Assembly: GCA_030425645.1 (NCBI GenBank)
Contig: JAUHZK010000004.1
Span: 61,100 to 125,099, forward strand
Direction of reading: 5' to 3'
Length of the DNA: 64,000 bases
From: Gammaproteobacteria bacterium
GTDB taxonomy: Bacteria > Pseudomonadota > Gammaproteobacteria > JAPPPA01
Positions 8,149-18,316 of the stretch are shown piece by piece. Position 1 is the stretch's first letter. Each line of letters begins with the position of its first letter. The notes under the pieces were generated by a model that searched no databases, was not told where the DNA came from, and saw only the letters and a list, made by a program, of their open reading frames with translations. Both the position numbers and the translations under genes were made by a program.

Positions 8149-9204
8149 ATGTCTAAGCAATGGATGATTTACGGAGCCTATGGATACAGCGGCGAGCTAA
8201 CGGCACGCGCTGCAAAAGAGCGAGGCTTAAGCCCCATACTGGCCGGGCGTCGTGAAGACAAAGTAAAGCCGCTGGCTGATGAATTAGGCCTGAGCTACCG
8301 CGTATTTGGCTTAGACAACGTCGCTGAAGTTACCGAACAGCTGAAAGATATTGACGCCGTTACCCACTGCGCCGGGCCGTTTTCTGCCACTGCAGAGCCG
8401 ATGATGAAAGCCTGTATTCAGGCTAAAACACATTACGCTGATATCACCGGTGAAATTGAAGTGTTTGAGCTAGCCCACAAGCTAGACAGCCTAGCCAAAG
8501 CTGCCGGTATTGTTTTATGCCCCGGCGTTGGCTTTGACGTAATCCCAACCGACTGTGTTGCCTCTGCCTTAAAAGAGGCCTTGCCTGACGCGACTGAGCT
8601 AACTCTTGGTTTTGATTCGCGCTCTGGTTTCTCGCCAGGCACTGCCAAAACCTCGGTAGAGGGTATGGCGCAGGGTAATAAAGTCCGCGTAAACGGCACT
8701 ATCGAAACCAAACCAATGGGCAAGCTGGTACGTAAAATTGATTTTGGCGACGGCGAGAAAACCGCCATGTCGATTCCTTGGGGTGATGTCTCAACCGCGT
8801 TCCATACCACCGGCATTCCTAACATCAGCGTTTATATTCCGATGCCACCTGCGCGCATCAAGCAGGCGCAAAAACTTAACTACGTTAAGTGGTTGCTGAA
8901 ATTTGGCTTTGTGCAAAACATGATGAAGAAGAATGCCGCCAAAGTGCGTGGCCCTAATCAGGAAAAACGCGCCAAGCTCATTACCTACGTTTGGGGTGAA
9001 GCGAAAAATGCGGCAGGCGATACCAAGGTCGCACGTATTAAAACCGCTAATGGTTACGACGTGACCTGGCAGGGCGGCATCCTGATTCCGCAAAAACTGC
9101 TAAATGACGCGCCAGAAATGGGCGGCCACTACACGCCGGCGCTATTAATGGGTTCAGGCTTTGTTGAAAGCCTAGAGGGCTCTGAGACCATTAGCATCAG
9201 CTAG
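8149..9204 (+). CDS. Saccharopine dehydrogenase family NAD(P)-binding protein
   Basis: N-terminal MIYGAYGYSGELTARAA Rossmann motif; 351 aa. Confidence 0.75.
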   Translation: MSKQWMIYGAYGYSGELTARAAKERGLSPILAGRREDKVKPLADELGLSYRVFGLDNVAEVTEQLKDIDAVTHCAGPFSATAEPMMKACIQAKTHYADITGEIEVFELAHKLDSLAKAAGIVLCPGVGFDVIPTDCVASALKEALPDATELTLGFDSRSGFSPGTAKTSVEGMAQGNKVRVNGTIETKPMGKLVRKIDFGDGEKTAMSIPWGDVSTAFHTTGIPNISVYIPMPPARIKQAQKLNYVKWLLKFGFVQNMMKKNAAKVRGPNQEKRAKLITYVWGEAKNAAGDTKVARIKTANGYDVTWQGGILIPQKLLNDAPEMGGHYTPALLMGSGFVESLEGSETISIS

Positions 9205-9223
9205 GGCCTACAGTCGACTACAG

Positions 9224-11050
9224 TTGATGAGTGGGTCGCCGTCTTCGAGCTGGATGCCGCGGTTGTTATTACTGACAACCGCGGTGCTTTTGCTCGCTAG
9301 TTTTGTTGCGCGCTTAGGTATTTACCTTGCGCATGGCGACTTTTTTGCTGGCATTGCCATTGCTGACTTTGCCCTCGCGGCCTTCCGCGGCCTGCGTTAT
9401 GACATGGCAGCGCTGGCGCTGTTGTTATTGCCACCTTTGTTGTTGATTTTGCTGCCGGGTCAGTTTTGGGCCTTACGGTGGCTGCGCAATAGCGGGTATG
9501 TGTTCCTAACGGTGGCGGCAGCTGCGACGGTGTTATTCGGTGTCGCCAGTACGCAGTTTTTTGCCTTTTTCTACCGGCACCTTGGAGTTGAAGTAAAAAC
9601 GGTTTTTTCCGATTTCGACTTTATTCTGCAAATGGCCGTAGAGCAGAATCTGGCTGCCTTAATCGTTGTGATTATTGGGCTGATATTGGCTTTTGTGGCG
9701 GGCTATCGGGTCATTCCGAGATTGCCGGCCCCCCAGTATGGTTTCGCCGGTTATAGCTGGCGCTTAGCGCTGGTGTTGGTGATCGGCCACTTCAGCTTAT
9801 GGGGCCAACCCGGGCGCGAGTGGGTAGATGATAAGCACGCCTTTGTAGAACAGGATTTGCGCCTAGGGCAGTTGGTTTTAAATCCGGCGTTCGCGGCTTT
9901 TAATAATCTGTTCTTTCCGCAATCTGTTACTGCCAGCTTGGCGGGTGTGCCTGAGGCCCAAGCAACATTGCCGCCGGCCACCGCCAGTGGGCAGCCCTTA
10001 CTGGCGTCGTCGGGCGTTTCTCGGCCCAATATTGTGATGGTGATTCTAGAGAGTTGGACGCCGGACTTTATTGGCGCTTTTGGAGCCGAGGAATCTATTA
10101 CACCGCATTTTGACGCCATCGCGGCAGAGGGCCGTCGCTACCAACAAGCGTATGCCAATGGCCCAATCAGTATTTACGGCCTGCAGGCGATCTTGTCCGG
10201 CATGCCGCATTTACCGGGAATGCCGCTAATGGGTTTTGGTGGCGTTGAAACTTTGCAGCTAAAAGGTGTTGCCCAGCTAGCGGCCGAGGCGGGCTATGAA
10301 ACGCTGTGGGCGCAAGCACCGCGGCGGGCCTCATTTAATATGGATACGCTTGCCGCGCGTTGGGGGTTTGAGCATATTGCTGGGCGTGAAGATTTTCAGA
10401 CCCCAGAAGATTGGAACAAAACCCCGTTTGGCTGGGACTGGCCAATGTATGAGTATGCGCTGCAGCGCCTGGCCGAGTTTGAAGCGCCATTCTTTGCCAC
10501 TTTATATACCGGGGTTACGCACGTGCCTTACGTGCAAGTGCCCGCTGAGCACGAGTTGCGACCACATAACCCAGACACTGTTGACGGTTTCATAAACACC
10601 TTAAGCCGAGCCGATTGGGCGTTAAACCAGTTTTGGCAGCAGGCCCGCCGCAGCGCTTGGCATGCAAATACGGTTTATCTGTTTGTGTCTGATCACGTGG
10701 TGCCGAAAGATATGCCCGACAAATCTGTGCGCGGCCGCTACCGCATTCCCTTGCTGATTGTTGGCCCCGGCATTGAGGCCGGCGATGACCGGCAAACGGC
10801 CTCGCATATCGACCTCTTGCCAACAGTGGCGCAGTTGACCGGGGCTACAATTTACGCCGTAGTTAGGCGACAACCAGCACTGAGCAGTGATGGCGCCATG
10901 AGTTATTTTCTAGCCCCTGAAAACGTGCTCGGACACTATCGCAATAAACCGGTTTTTGCGGCGGATGATGGTGAGTTGCTTGCGCCGCAAGAGGCCGCGT
11001 TCTTGAGTCGACTGCGAGCAAGTTATGAGCGTTACTTGGCGCTGCAATAG
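9224..11050 (+). CDS. LTA synthase/sulfatase family membrane protein (phosphoglycerol- or phosphoethanolamine-transferase-like)
   Basis: Five N-terminal TM helices plus a periplasmic sulfatase-like domain (NIVMVILESW...VSDH). Confidence 0.7.
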   Translation: MMSGSPSSSWMPRLLLLTTAVLLLASFVARLGIYLAHGDFFAGIAIADFALAAFRGLRYDMAALALLLLPPLLLILLPGQFWALRWLRNSGYVFLTVAAAATVLFGVASTQFFAFFYRHLGVEVKTVFSDFDFILQMAVEQNLAALIVVIIGLILAFVAGYRVIPRLPAPQYGFAGYSWRLALVLVIGHFSLWGQPGREWVDDKHAFVEQDLRLGQLVLNPAFAAFNNLFFPQSVTASLAGVPEAQATLPPATASGQPLLASSGVSRPNIVMVILESWTPDFIGAFGAEESITPHFDAIAAEGRRYQQAYANGPISIYGLQAILSGMPHLPGMPLMGFGGVETLQLKGVAQLAAEAGYETLWAQAPRRASFNMDTLAARWGFEHIAGREDFQTPEDWNKTPFGWDWPMYEYALQRLAEFEAPFFATLYTGVTHVPYVQVPAEHELRPHNPDTVDGFINTLSRADWALNQFWQQARRSAWHANTVYLFVSDHVVPKDMPDKSVRGRYRIPLLIVGPGIEAGDDRQTASHIDLLPTVAQLTGATIYAVVRRQPALSSDGAMSYFLAPENVLGHYRNKPVFAADDGELLAPQEAAFLSRLRASYERYLALQ

Positions 11051-11145
11051 CGCTTGTTAACTACAGCCTTAGTAAATCTCGCAACAGCGCGCGGTGATTA
11101 GGCTAAGCTAGCCGCCGTCTACAGGGTTTTATAGAGAATATTTGA

Positions 11146-12372
11146 ATGCGGCGTTCTTTCGTCTTTAGCTCGGCAGTGCTGGCAATGCTACTGGTGGGCT
11201 GCGCCATGCCGGGTAATGCCTCTAGTGCAAAAGAGCCGCCTAGCGAGCACGGCTTTGCCGCTTGGGTCGCCGTGTTTTATGAAAAGGCGAAAGATGCTGG
11301 TGTTTCTGCGGCAACCTTGAATACAGCCTTGGCCGATATTCAGCTTAATACTCAGGTATTAGAACGCGACGCTTATCAACCTGAATTTGTAAAACCGGTT
11401 TGGGGCTATTTGGCCACCGCCGTGTCAGATACGCGGGTTAGAAATGGCCGCGCCAAGTTTGCACAGCATTCGGCATTGCTGAAAAAGATAGCCGCTGAAT
11501 ATGAGGTGTCGGCACCGCTGCTGGTGGCGATATGGGGTTTAGAAACCGCCTATGGCGCCACCTTCGGTGGTTTTAACGTGGTGGAAGCGCTGGCGACGCT
11601 GGGTTATGCGGGCCGCCGTACCGAGTTTTGGCAGCAAGAGTTATTGGCAGCGCTACGCATTATTGATCAAGGTGATATTGCCGCTAGCCAAATGATAGGT
11701 TCCTGGGCCGGGGCGATGGGTCACACCCAATTTATGCCAAGCAGTTATCAGGCGCGCGCGATTGATTACGACCAAGACGGTAAGCGCGATATTTGGGGTT
11801 CGTATGGTGATGTCTTCGCCTCAACCGCCAACTTTATGCAGCGTGCCGGCTGGCGGCAGGATGAAAGCTGGGGTGCGGCAGTGGCCTTGCCGGCTGATTT
11901 TGATTGGGCCTTGGCAGATCGTTCAGTGGCTAAAACTGTCGACGAATGGGCGGCCTTGGGCGTTAAACCGCGGCAGGGCAAGTCGTTACCGAGTAGTGAA
12001 AGTGAAGCGTCAATTTTGTTGCCAGCCGGGCATAAAGGCCCAGCGTTTTTAGTGTTGCCAAACTTCCGCGCCATTATGCGTTACAACAACTCAACGGCTT
12101 ATGCCTTGGCAATTAGCTTGCTCAGTGATCGTATTGCCGGTGGCGGCAAGCAGCGTTTTCGTTGGCCAACAGATCAGCAGGCGCTAACCCGCGATCAACG
12201 TACGGAACTGCAAAGCCTACTCACCGCCAAAGGTTTTGATACCCAAGGTGTTGACGGCATTCTTGGTGCCAACAGCCGCAAAGCGCTGCGAGCTTGGCAG
12301 TTAAAAACCGGTTTGGTGCCAGACGCCTTTGCCACGCTTGAGCAGTTGCAACGCCTAAGGCTGTCACCTTAG
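11146..12372 (+). CDS. Lytic murein transglycosylase (MltB/Slt35 family) with C-terminal peptidoglycan-binding domain
   Basis: Lipoprotein-type signal (LLVGCA), GLETAYG catalytic region, C-terminal DGILGANSRKALRAWQ PG_binding_1 motif. Confidence 0.85.
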   Translation: MRRSFVFSSAVLAMLLVGCAMPGNASSAKEPPSEHGFAAWVAVFYEKAKDAGVSAATLNTALADIQLNTQVLERDAYQPEFVKPVWGYLATAVSDTRVRNGRAKFAQHSALLKKIAAEYEVSAPLLVAIWGLETAYGATFGGFNVVEALATLGYAGRRTEFWQQELLAALRIIDQGDIAASQMIGSWAGAMGHTQFMPSSYQARAIDYDQDGKRDIWGSYGDVFASTANFMQRAGWRQDESWGAAVALPADFDWALADRSVAKTVDEWAALGVKPRQGKSLPSSESEASILLPAGHKGPAFLVLPNFRAIMRYNNSTAYALAISLLSDRIAGGGKQRFRWPTDQQALTRDQRTELQSLLTAKGFDTQGVDGILGANSRKALRAWQLKTGLVPDAFATLEQLQRLRLSP

Positions 12373-12375
12373 CGG

Positions 12376-12744
12376 ATGACCGAACTCGCACTTCTTTTAG
12401 GCTTTGGGTTGGCGGCTTATTACCTTTGGCATAGCCGCGGGGTGGATGAATACGCTACGGTGCTAGCGCGGCAAGCCTGCCGCCAGCGTCATCTGCAGTT
12501 TTTAGATTTCTCGGTGCAGAAACAGCGAACTCGGCCGGTTTTGGCAACGGGCGGGCAACCGCAATGGCAGCGGCAATATGTATTCGAGTTTCATGTGGGC
12601 AGTGATCTTGCTGCGCCAGAACGTTATAGCGCGCGAATGACTTTGGTTGGTCGTCAACTTATACAAATGGAATTCGATCCGCACCCGCTGCCGGACGAAA
12701 ACGTTGACTATGTCGAAGGCCCCGGCCAGTGCATGCGTCGTTAA
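12376..12744 (+). CDS. DUF3301 domain protein
   Basis: 122 aa with an N-terminal TM helix followed by ARQACRQRHLQFLDFSV, as in DUF3301 proteins. Confidence 0.55.
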   Translation: MTELALLLGFGLAAYYLWHSRGVDEYATVLARQACRQRHLQFLDFSVQKQRTRPVLATGGQPQWQRQYVFEFHVGSDLAAPERYSARMTLVGRQLIQMEFDPHPLPDENVDYVEGPGQCMRR

Positions 12745-12754
12745 CTAATCGTTC

Positions 12755-13402
12755 TTAGCCAATCCACAATAGCGCCAGCGATAACGCGCCCGCGTAAAAC
12801 ACTGCCAAAGATAAGGCGCCCGCGAGCTGTGGAAGCCACGGCTGCGTTTTTAGTTGCTTCCACATCCATAAACTGCCGAGGCTAAGTAGCATTTCTGGAA
12901 TCAGCGGATAAGGTGCAAAGCCAGCGACTTGGCGCACGCCAATGGCTTCCCAAAGCTGCATTGGTCGAGCGGCCCATTCCCATACTAAAAAGGCAGCTAA
13001 GCCGAGTAATGCGACGGCCCAGTACGGCCGCTTGAATACGGGTGCAAACCAACAGAGCTGCCACAGCAACATAATCCAGAGGCCGCAAAAATACAGCGGC
13101 ACCGCGCCGCCTAGTCGGGTGATGCCGTGATCGGGAAAGTGTAAGGTGCCTTGGTTTACTAGCATCCAATCGGCACAGGGTAGTGCGCAAGAGAGCGGCA
13201 GCAAAAAACGCCAGAGCGCGGCCCAATCTTCGTGCTGCCGCCAATGCCCGACTAGTGGTAGGGCAATGTTATAAGCAAGCGCGAGTAATAAAACGGTCCA
13301 GCCTAAAGCGTCGCTGCTGGCATTTAGCGCCAAGGGGATGGCTAGGGCGAAGAAAGCGCCGTGAAAGATCAGTGCGTCGCGTAAACCAGTGCTGCTAGGC
13401 AT
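12755..13402 (-). CDS. Hypothetical polytopic membrane protein
   Basis: Track ORF trimmed to the ATG at 13402 (MPSSTG...), which has AAAGGA about 8 nt upstream. At least six hydrophobic segments. Confidence 0.55.
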   Translation of the reverse strand: MPSSTGLRDALIFHGAFFALAIPLALNASSDALGWTVLLLALAYNIALPLVGHWRQHEDWAALWRFLLPLSCALPCADWMLVNQGTLHFPDHGITRLGGAVPLYFCGLWIMLLWQLCWFAPVFKRPYWAVALLGLAAFLVWEWAARPMQLWEAIGVRQVAGFAPYPLIPEMLLSLGSLWMWKQLKTQPWLPQLAGALSLAVFYAGALSLALLWIG

Positions 13403-13505
13403 GGCAAAGTCCTTTGTCGGGCCTTTCACTGTAAACTTAATGCCATATCCACGCCATATAATTGGGATGTGGTCGTTTGGCCTTACCTACACGGATAATA
13501 TTTGA

Positions 13506-14009
13506 ATGAAACAACTAGAAAACGCCTTTGAACACTTACTGTTTTCCAGCCGTTGGCTATTGGCGCCGGTCTACCTCGGTTTGGTAGGCGCCTTAATCGC
13601 CTTGCTGTTTAAATTCTGTAAGCAGGTATGGGGCATTTTCTCGCAACTCACCACCGCGACCGACTCAGAGATCATTATCGGCGTGCTGTCGATGGTTGAT
13701 GTAGCCCTAGTGATGAGCTTGCTGATTATCATCATCTTCAGCAGTTACGAAAACTTCGTCTCCAAGATGGACGACCTGCACGACCACAGCGACCGCCCAG
13801 AATGGATGGGGCATATCGGCTTCACCGACCTAAAAATCAAACTGATCGGTTCTATCGTCGCCATCTCAGGCATCGAGCTGCTAAAAGCCTTTATGAACGT
13901 AGACAACCTCACCGACCGCCACATGGCGTGGATGGTGGGTATTCATATGACCTTTGTGATTTCCGGCGTGCTCTACGCCGTAATGGACAGGCTCAGCGCT
14001 AAGAAGTAA
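13506..14009 (+). CDS. yqhA: UPF0114 family membrane protein YqhA
   Basis: SSRWLLAPVYLGL...FSSYENFVSKMD closely resembles E. coli YqhA. Confidence 0.85.
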   Translation: MKQLENAFEHLLFSSRWLLAPVYLGLVGALIALLFKFCKQVWGIFSQLTTATDSEIIIGVLSMVDVALVMSLLIIIIFSSYENFVSKMDDLHDHSDRPEWMGHIGFTDLKIKLIGSIVAISGIELLKAFMNVDNLTDRHMAWMVGIHMTFVISGVLYAVMDRLSAKK

Positions 14010-14016
14010 TCACGCT

Positions 14017-14119
14017 CCGTTCGCCCTGAGCCTGAGCTTGCCGAAGGATCGAAGGGTGAACTAACCAAGCCAACAAAACATGCTAAACCCCAGGCTTCGA
14101 CCAGGCTCAGCCCTAACGG
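14017..14119. repeat. REP-like 103-bp hairpin element, copy 1
   Basis: Arms are ccgttcgccctgagcctg...cgaaggg and cttcgaccaggctcagccctaacgg (imperfect inverted repeat). Core is gtgaactaaccaagccaacaaaac. Confidence 0.75.
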
Positions 14120-14150
14120 TTATCGAGTCCTAAACATCGTAACTAACGTT

Positions 14151-14253
14151 CCGTTCGCCCTGAGCCTGTCGAAGGGTGAACCAACCAAGCCAACAAAACC
14201 CGAGAATCCTAGGCTTCGATTCTTCGGCAAGCTCAGAACTTCAGCCTGAACGG
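14151..14253. repeat. REP-like 103-bp hairpin element, copy 2 (tandem to copy 1)
   Basis: Same ends and core as copy 1. A 15-nt insert (agcttgccgaag...) has moved to the opposite arm. Confidence 0.75.
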
Positions 14254-14263
14254 AAATTGGGGT

Positions 14264-14728
14264 TCAGGCTTGGCGGTGTTTCAACATCGCCGGTAAAAGC
14301 TGACGCATAAAGCCAAGTTGGCTGCGCAAAGAGCCACTGTACTTAGGCAGCTTGTCCGGCATATCTTCCACCCGGCGGTGATAGAACATATGTAACGCCG
14401 GTGCAGGAATTGCATTTGCATCCGCAAACGTTTCAGCTGGCACAAACACCATGGCTGGCAGTCCGGGAATCTTCATCTTCTCAACCACCGGCTTACCACA
14501 GGCTCTGCACTTGCCGCGAGGCAAGGCCATGGCCGAATCAGTGAATTTTACAAACTCAACTTTATCGGCCGGTATTTCAACATCGTCTGCGTAGAAAATC
14601 GCCACGTCGGCACAAGGCGCCTGATTGAATTCTTGGCATATCAGGCAGTGGCAATAACCACGGCTCAGTGCCTTGCCGCTGATGTTTAGTTTGGCTTCGC
14701 CGCATTGGCATTGGCTTTGTAGGTTCAT
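14264..14728 (-). CDS. GFA (glutathione-dependent formaldehyde-activating enzyme) family Cys-rich protein
   Basis: CQCG...CHCLICQ...CRACG zinc-cysteine pattern; 154 aa. Confidence 0.6.
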   Translation of the reverse strand: MNLQSQCQCGEAKLNISGKALSRGYCHCLICQEFNQAPCADVAIFYADDVEIPADKVEFVKFTDSAMALPRGKCRACGKPVVEKMKIPGLPAMVFVPAETFADANAIPAPALHMFYHRRVEDMPDKLPKYSGSLRSQLGFMRQLLPAMLKHRQA

Positions 14729-14747
14729 CGGTGGACCCTGTGCTTAG

Positions 14748-15971
14748 TTAGATATGCTCTTGCGGCACTTTAACATTGCCTTCCATCAGTACCCGTGCGC
14801 TGCGGCTCATGATGGCTTTGTTTACTTTCCATTCTCCGTTGTTTTGCTCGGCTTCGGCGCCTACGCGTAGGGTGCCGGAAGGGTGGCCGAAGGTAACACT
14901 GTTACGTTCGCCTCCACCGGCGGCTTCATTCACTAGGGTGCCGGGAATAGCTGCTGCGGTGGCGATGGCGACGGCGGCGGTGCCCATCATGGCGTGGTGT
15001 AGTTTGCCCATGCTGAGGGCGCGTACGTTGAGGTCGATGTCGTCGGCGCTAATGTCTTTGCCGCTGGATGCGGCGTAGCTGGCTGGTGGTGCAACGAAGG
15101 CGACTTTAGGTGTGTGCTGGCGGGCGGCGGCCTCGCTGATGTCTTGAATCAGGCCCATTTTTACGGCGCCGTGGGCGCGAATGGTTTCAAAACGTTCTAG
15201 TGCTTCCGCGTCACCGTTAATGGCTTCTTGCAGTTCGGTGCCGGTATAGCCGATGTCTTGGGCGTTGATGAAAACGGTGGGAATGCCAGCGTTAATCATG
15301 GTGGCTTTTAGGGTGCCCCCTTTAACGATATGGGCCGGGACTTCTAGGTCGTCAACTATATTGCCGGTGGGGAACATGGCTTCAGAGGCGTCTACCGGTT
15401 CTAGGAATTCCACTTTCACTTCGGCCGCCGGGAAGGTAACGCCGTCTAGCTCAAAGTCGCCGGTTTCTTGTACTTCGCCGTTGGTCACCGGCACTTGGGC
15501 GATGATGGTTTTTTGAATGTTCTTTTGCCAAATGCGAATGGTGGCGATGCCGTTCTCTGGTACGCGCTCGGCGTCGACTAAGCCGTTGCTGATAGCGAAG
15601 GCGCCAACAGCGGCGGTGAGGTTGCCGCAATTGCCGCTCCAGTCGACAAAGGGGCGGTCGATAGCGACTTGGCCGAAGAGGTAATCAACGTCGTGATCGG
15701 GCTGCTCACTTTTGGCGAGAATCACGGTTTTACTGGTGCTAGAGGTGGCGCCGCCCATGCCGTCGGTGTGTTTTCCGTATGGGTCTGGGCTGCCGATAAC
15801 GCGTAGTAATAAATTGTCGCGCGCCTCGCCCGGTACTTGGGCGGCTTCGGGTAGGTCAGTCAGGCTAAAGAAAACGCCTTTGCTGGTGCCGCCACGCATA
15901 TAGGTGGCGGGAACCTTAATCTGGGGTAAGTGAGTCATTACGGCATTCATGATCGTTGAGAATAGCGGCAC
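14748..15971 (-). CDS. prpF: 2-methylaconitate cis-trans isomerase PrpF
   Basis: PQIKVPATYMRGGTSKGVFF and the rest are PrpF-like. The start is uncertain: GTG at 15971, ATG at 15950 or ATG at 15938. Confidence 0.9.
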   Translation of the reverse strand: MPLFSTIMNAVMTHLPQIKVPATYMRGGTSKGVFFSLTDLPEAAQVPGEARDNLLLRVIGSPDPYGKHTDGMGGATSSTSKTVILAKSEQPDHDVDYLFGQVAIDRPFVDWSGNCGNLTAAVGAFAISNGLVDAERVPENGIATIRIWQKNIQKTIIAQVPVTNGEVQETGDFELDGVTFPAAEVKVEFLEPVDASEAMFPTGNIVDDLEVPAHIVKGGTLKATMINAGIPTVFINAQDIGYTGTELQEAINGDAEALERFETIRAHGAVKMGLIQDISEAAARQHTPKVAFVAPPASYAASSGKDISADDIDLNVRALSMGKLHHAMMGTAAVAIATAAAIPGTLVNEAAGGGERNSVTFGHPSGTLRVGAEAEQNNGEWKVNKAIMSRSARVLMEGNVKVPQEHI

Positions 15972-16054
15972 ATTATACGCGGCGCTGGGGATAGGCTGGG
16001 TTTCTCAAAGTCTCGTTATAGTGAAGCCAAGATTTAAAGCACAGAGGAAAGGGT

Positions 16055-16834
16055 GTGGACGCGTTTTATATCGCTGAGGGCGATCACTTTATTTCAACGG
16101 CAAACACCACCGGGCCGTGGCATCCAAAATTTCAGCATGCCGGGCCGCCGTCAGCTTTACTGGGTCGGGCGCTAGAGTTGGAAATGGCCGCGCTACAGAT
16201 TGTGCGCTTTAGTGTTGATCTGCTGAAGCCAGTGCCGGTTGCGCCGTTAAAAATAGAACTACGTGATATTACGCCGGGTAAACGCCGCCGCGTGATTGAG
16301 GCGAGTTTGATTGCCGTGGAAGGCGGGCAATTGGTGGCGAGAGCGACTGCGCTGGGTTTGCGCCAAGAAGATATTCCTTTAGACGATTTGCCGGTTCATG
16401 ACGGCCCGGCACCTAAATCTGTTGCTGAGTCTGAAGCCTTTAATTTCAGCTTCTTTAAAACCGACATTGGTTATCACACCTCGATGGAATTGCGAAAAGC
16501 CAGCGGTGGCCCCGGCACCGGACAAACCCAAATGTGGGGGCGGCAAAAGGTGGCCTTGGTAGCAGGTGAAGCGCCTAGCCCATTGCAGCGATTATTGGCG
16601 ATTGCGGACTCTGGCAATGGTGTGAGTATGGTGGTGGATAAGAACCGCTATAGCTTTATGAATCCAGACCTGACGGTGAATATCCGCCGTCTGCCGCAGG
16701 ACGAGTGGATTTGCTTGGATGCGCACACGCATTTTCAAGGCAACGGTTTAGGTATGGCCGAAAGTCGGCTTTGGGACGAGCAAGGCGTAGTAGCTAACGG
16801 CACCCAAAATTTATTACTAGAGTTGGCGCCCTAA
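16055..16834 (+). CDS. Acyl-CoA thioesterase-like (hotdog fold) family protein
   Basis: 259 aa. [16 protein letters not shown]-terminus typical of TesB-like or 4HBT_3 thioesterases. GTG start preceded by AGGAAAGGG. Confidence 0.65.
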   Translation: MDAFYIAEGDHFISTANTTGPWHPKFQHAGPPSALLGRALELEMAALQIVRFSVDLLKPVPVAPLKIELRDITPGKRRRVIEASLIAVEGGQLVARATALGLRQEDIPLDDLPVHDGPAPKSVAESEAFNFSFFKTDIGYHTSMELRKASGGPGTGQTQMWGRQKVALVAGEAPSPLQRLLAIADSGNGVSMVVDKNRYSFMNPDLTVNIRRLPQDEWICLDAHTHFQGNGLGMAESRLWDEQGVVANGTQNLLLELAP

Positions 16835-17544
16835 ACGCTGCGCTTATCTAGGCGCTCGCGTAGTTTTTCGTAGCTTTCTTTGCGCTCGGAATAGCGGTCG
16901 GCGAAGTAGTCGCGACTGCCTTTAAGTAAGCTGGTGAATTTCACCAGTTCTTCTACTACATCGACAATGCGGTCGTAATACGACGACGGTTTCATGCGGC
17001 CGTCTTCTTCAAACTCTAGCCAGGCTTTGGCGACCGATGATTGATTTGGAATCGTCACCATGCGCATCCAGCGGCCGAGAATGCGCATTTGGTTAACGGC
17101 GTTAAAGGACTGTGAACCGCCGCTGACCTGCATTACCGCGAGGGTTTTGCCTTGCGTTGGTCGTACGCCGCCTAGCGACAGTGGAATCCAGTCAATCTGC
17201 GCTTTCATAATGCCGGTCATGGCGCCGTGGCGTTCTGGCGAGCACCAGATCATGCCGTCGCTCCAGTTCACTAGTTCACGGAGCTCCGCCACTTTCGGGT
17301 GGTCGACATCGGCGTCGTCTGGTAGCGGCAAACCGGAAGGGTTGAAGGTTTTGGCTTCAACGCCAAAAAACTCGAGTAGGCGGGCGCATTCTTCGGTCAC
17401 TAGGCGGCTGTAAGAGCGTTCGCGTAGCGAGCCGTAAAGCAGCAGAATTTTTACAGGTTGCTCGGATGGCAGTGTTGGCGCGAGTTGCTCGTGGTCGATG
17501 GCGAGCAAGTGTTGCGAGTCGATATTAGGAAGCGAGTCTGACAT
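16831..17544 (-). CDS. arsH: NADPH-dependent FMN reductase ArsH
   Basis: [17 protein letters not shown]...PERHGAMTG...[10 protein letters not shown] motifs. No other ars genes are nearby. Confidence 0.85.
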   Translation of the reverse strand: MSDSLPNIDSQHLLAIDHEQLAPTLPSEQPVKILLLYGSLRERSYSRLVTEECARLLEFFGVEAKTFNPSGLPLPDDADVDHPKVAELRELVNWSDGMIWCSPERHGAMTGIMKAQIDWIPLSLGGVRPTQGKTLAVMQVSGGSQSFNAVNQMRILGRWMRMVTIPNQSSVAKAWLEFEEDGRMKPSSYYDRIVDVVEELVKFTSLLKGSRDYFADRYSERKESYEKLRERLDKRSV

Positions 17545-17549
17545 GTTGT

Positions 17550-17849
17550 TTAAGCGCGTAGCGCGTGCCAGCGTTTGTTGCGTTGAATAAAGTAGTCGGT
17601 ATAGCGGCAGACCGGCTGTACTTTAAGGTTGTGCATCTCAATTTCGGCCAGCGCAGCATTCATAAGCCGCCCGCCAAGCCCTTGGCCTTTGCGGCTGGCG
17701 GGAACTTCAGAATGTATCAGGTGCAGGGTGTTGCCTTGGCGTTGGTAAACCAATTCGCCACGATTATCCTCACCTTGGCCATCGTCAAAGTACACCACGA
17801 ACCGATTGTTTTCCGGTTCGTGGATGACGTTATCTGTAGTTGTGTTCAT
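17550..17849 (-). CDS. Small GNAT-family N-acetyltransferase (YjdJ-like)
   Basis: 99 aa. [11 protein letters not shown] acetyl-CoA loop and a C-terminal PVCRY motif. Confidence 0.7.
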   Translation of the reverse strand: MNTTTDNVIHEPENNRFVVYFDDGQGEDNRGELVYQRQGNTLHLIHSEVPASRKGQGLGGRLMNAALAEIEMHNLKVQPVCRYTDYFIQRNKRWHALRA

Positions 17850-17884
17850 TGGCTTACGGTCTTGATAATGAGCATTGCTTTAAT

Positions 17885-18184
17885 TCATGAGCCCTTTGAC
17901 TGCGTGTTTCGAGCGAGTGCAGACACTTTGTTCCAATCGCCCTGCATCATCGCCTGTTTCTTTTTCCGGCTCCAGCCTTTGATTTTTCGCTCACTTATTA
18001 GGGCTTCTTCGCGTGTGGCGAATGTCTCTGTAAAACAAAGCTCTACTGGTCGTCGCTTATAGGTGTAGCAGCTGGTAAATGCGCCTTGTTGATGCTGGGC
18101 TATACGTAAATCTAGATTGTCCGTATGGCCGGTGTAATAACTACCGTCGGCGCATTTTAGAATGTAGACCCAGAAGGGTTGCAT
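17885..18184 (-). CDS. GIY-YIG nuclease family protein (small UPF0213-type)
   Basis: Track ORF trimmed to MQPFWVYILKCADGSYYTGHTDNL...R...H. The upstream 66 codons of the track ORF are a translated repeat (SLSKD/LRTNG). Confidence 0.85.
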   Translation of the reverse strand: MQPFWVYILKCADGSYYTGHTDNLDLRIAQHQQGAFTSCYTYKRRPVELCFTETFATREEALISERKIKGWSRKKKQAMMQGDWNKVSALARNTQSKGS

Positions 18185-18204
18185 GGTCCTTGTTGCTCTA
18201 AACC

Positions 18205-18316
18205 TTGGCTGGTTCACCCTTCGATCCTTCGACAAGCTCAGGATCAGGGCGAACGGAACGTTTGTGCCAAGAGTTGGCATTTTTATTCCGTTAGTCCTGA
18301 GCCTGTCGAAGGACGG
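18205..18316. repeat. REP-like element arms, same family as 14017-14253, abutting the GIY-YIG start and the acnD stop
   Basis: The reverse complement of 18185-18256 matches copy 1 (14017...) with only a few mismatches over ~55 nt, weaker beyond. A second arm, ccgttagtcctgagcctgtcgaaggacgg, lies at 18288-18316. Confidence 0.75.

Noticed and set aside
17565-18062. 165-aa plus-strand ORF spanning the GNAT and GIY-YIG genes
   Set aside because: It is antisense to two ORFs that have clear family motifs, and it has no motif of its own.
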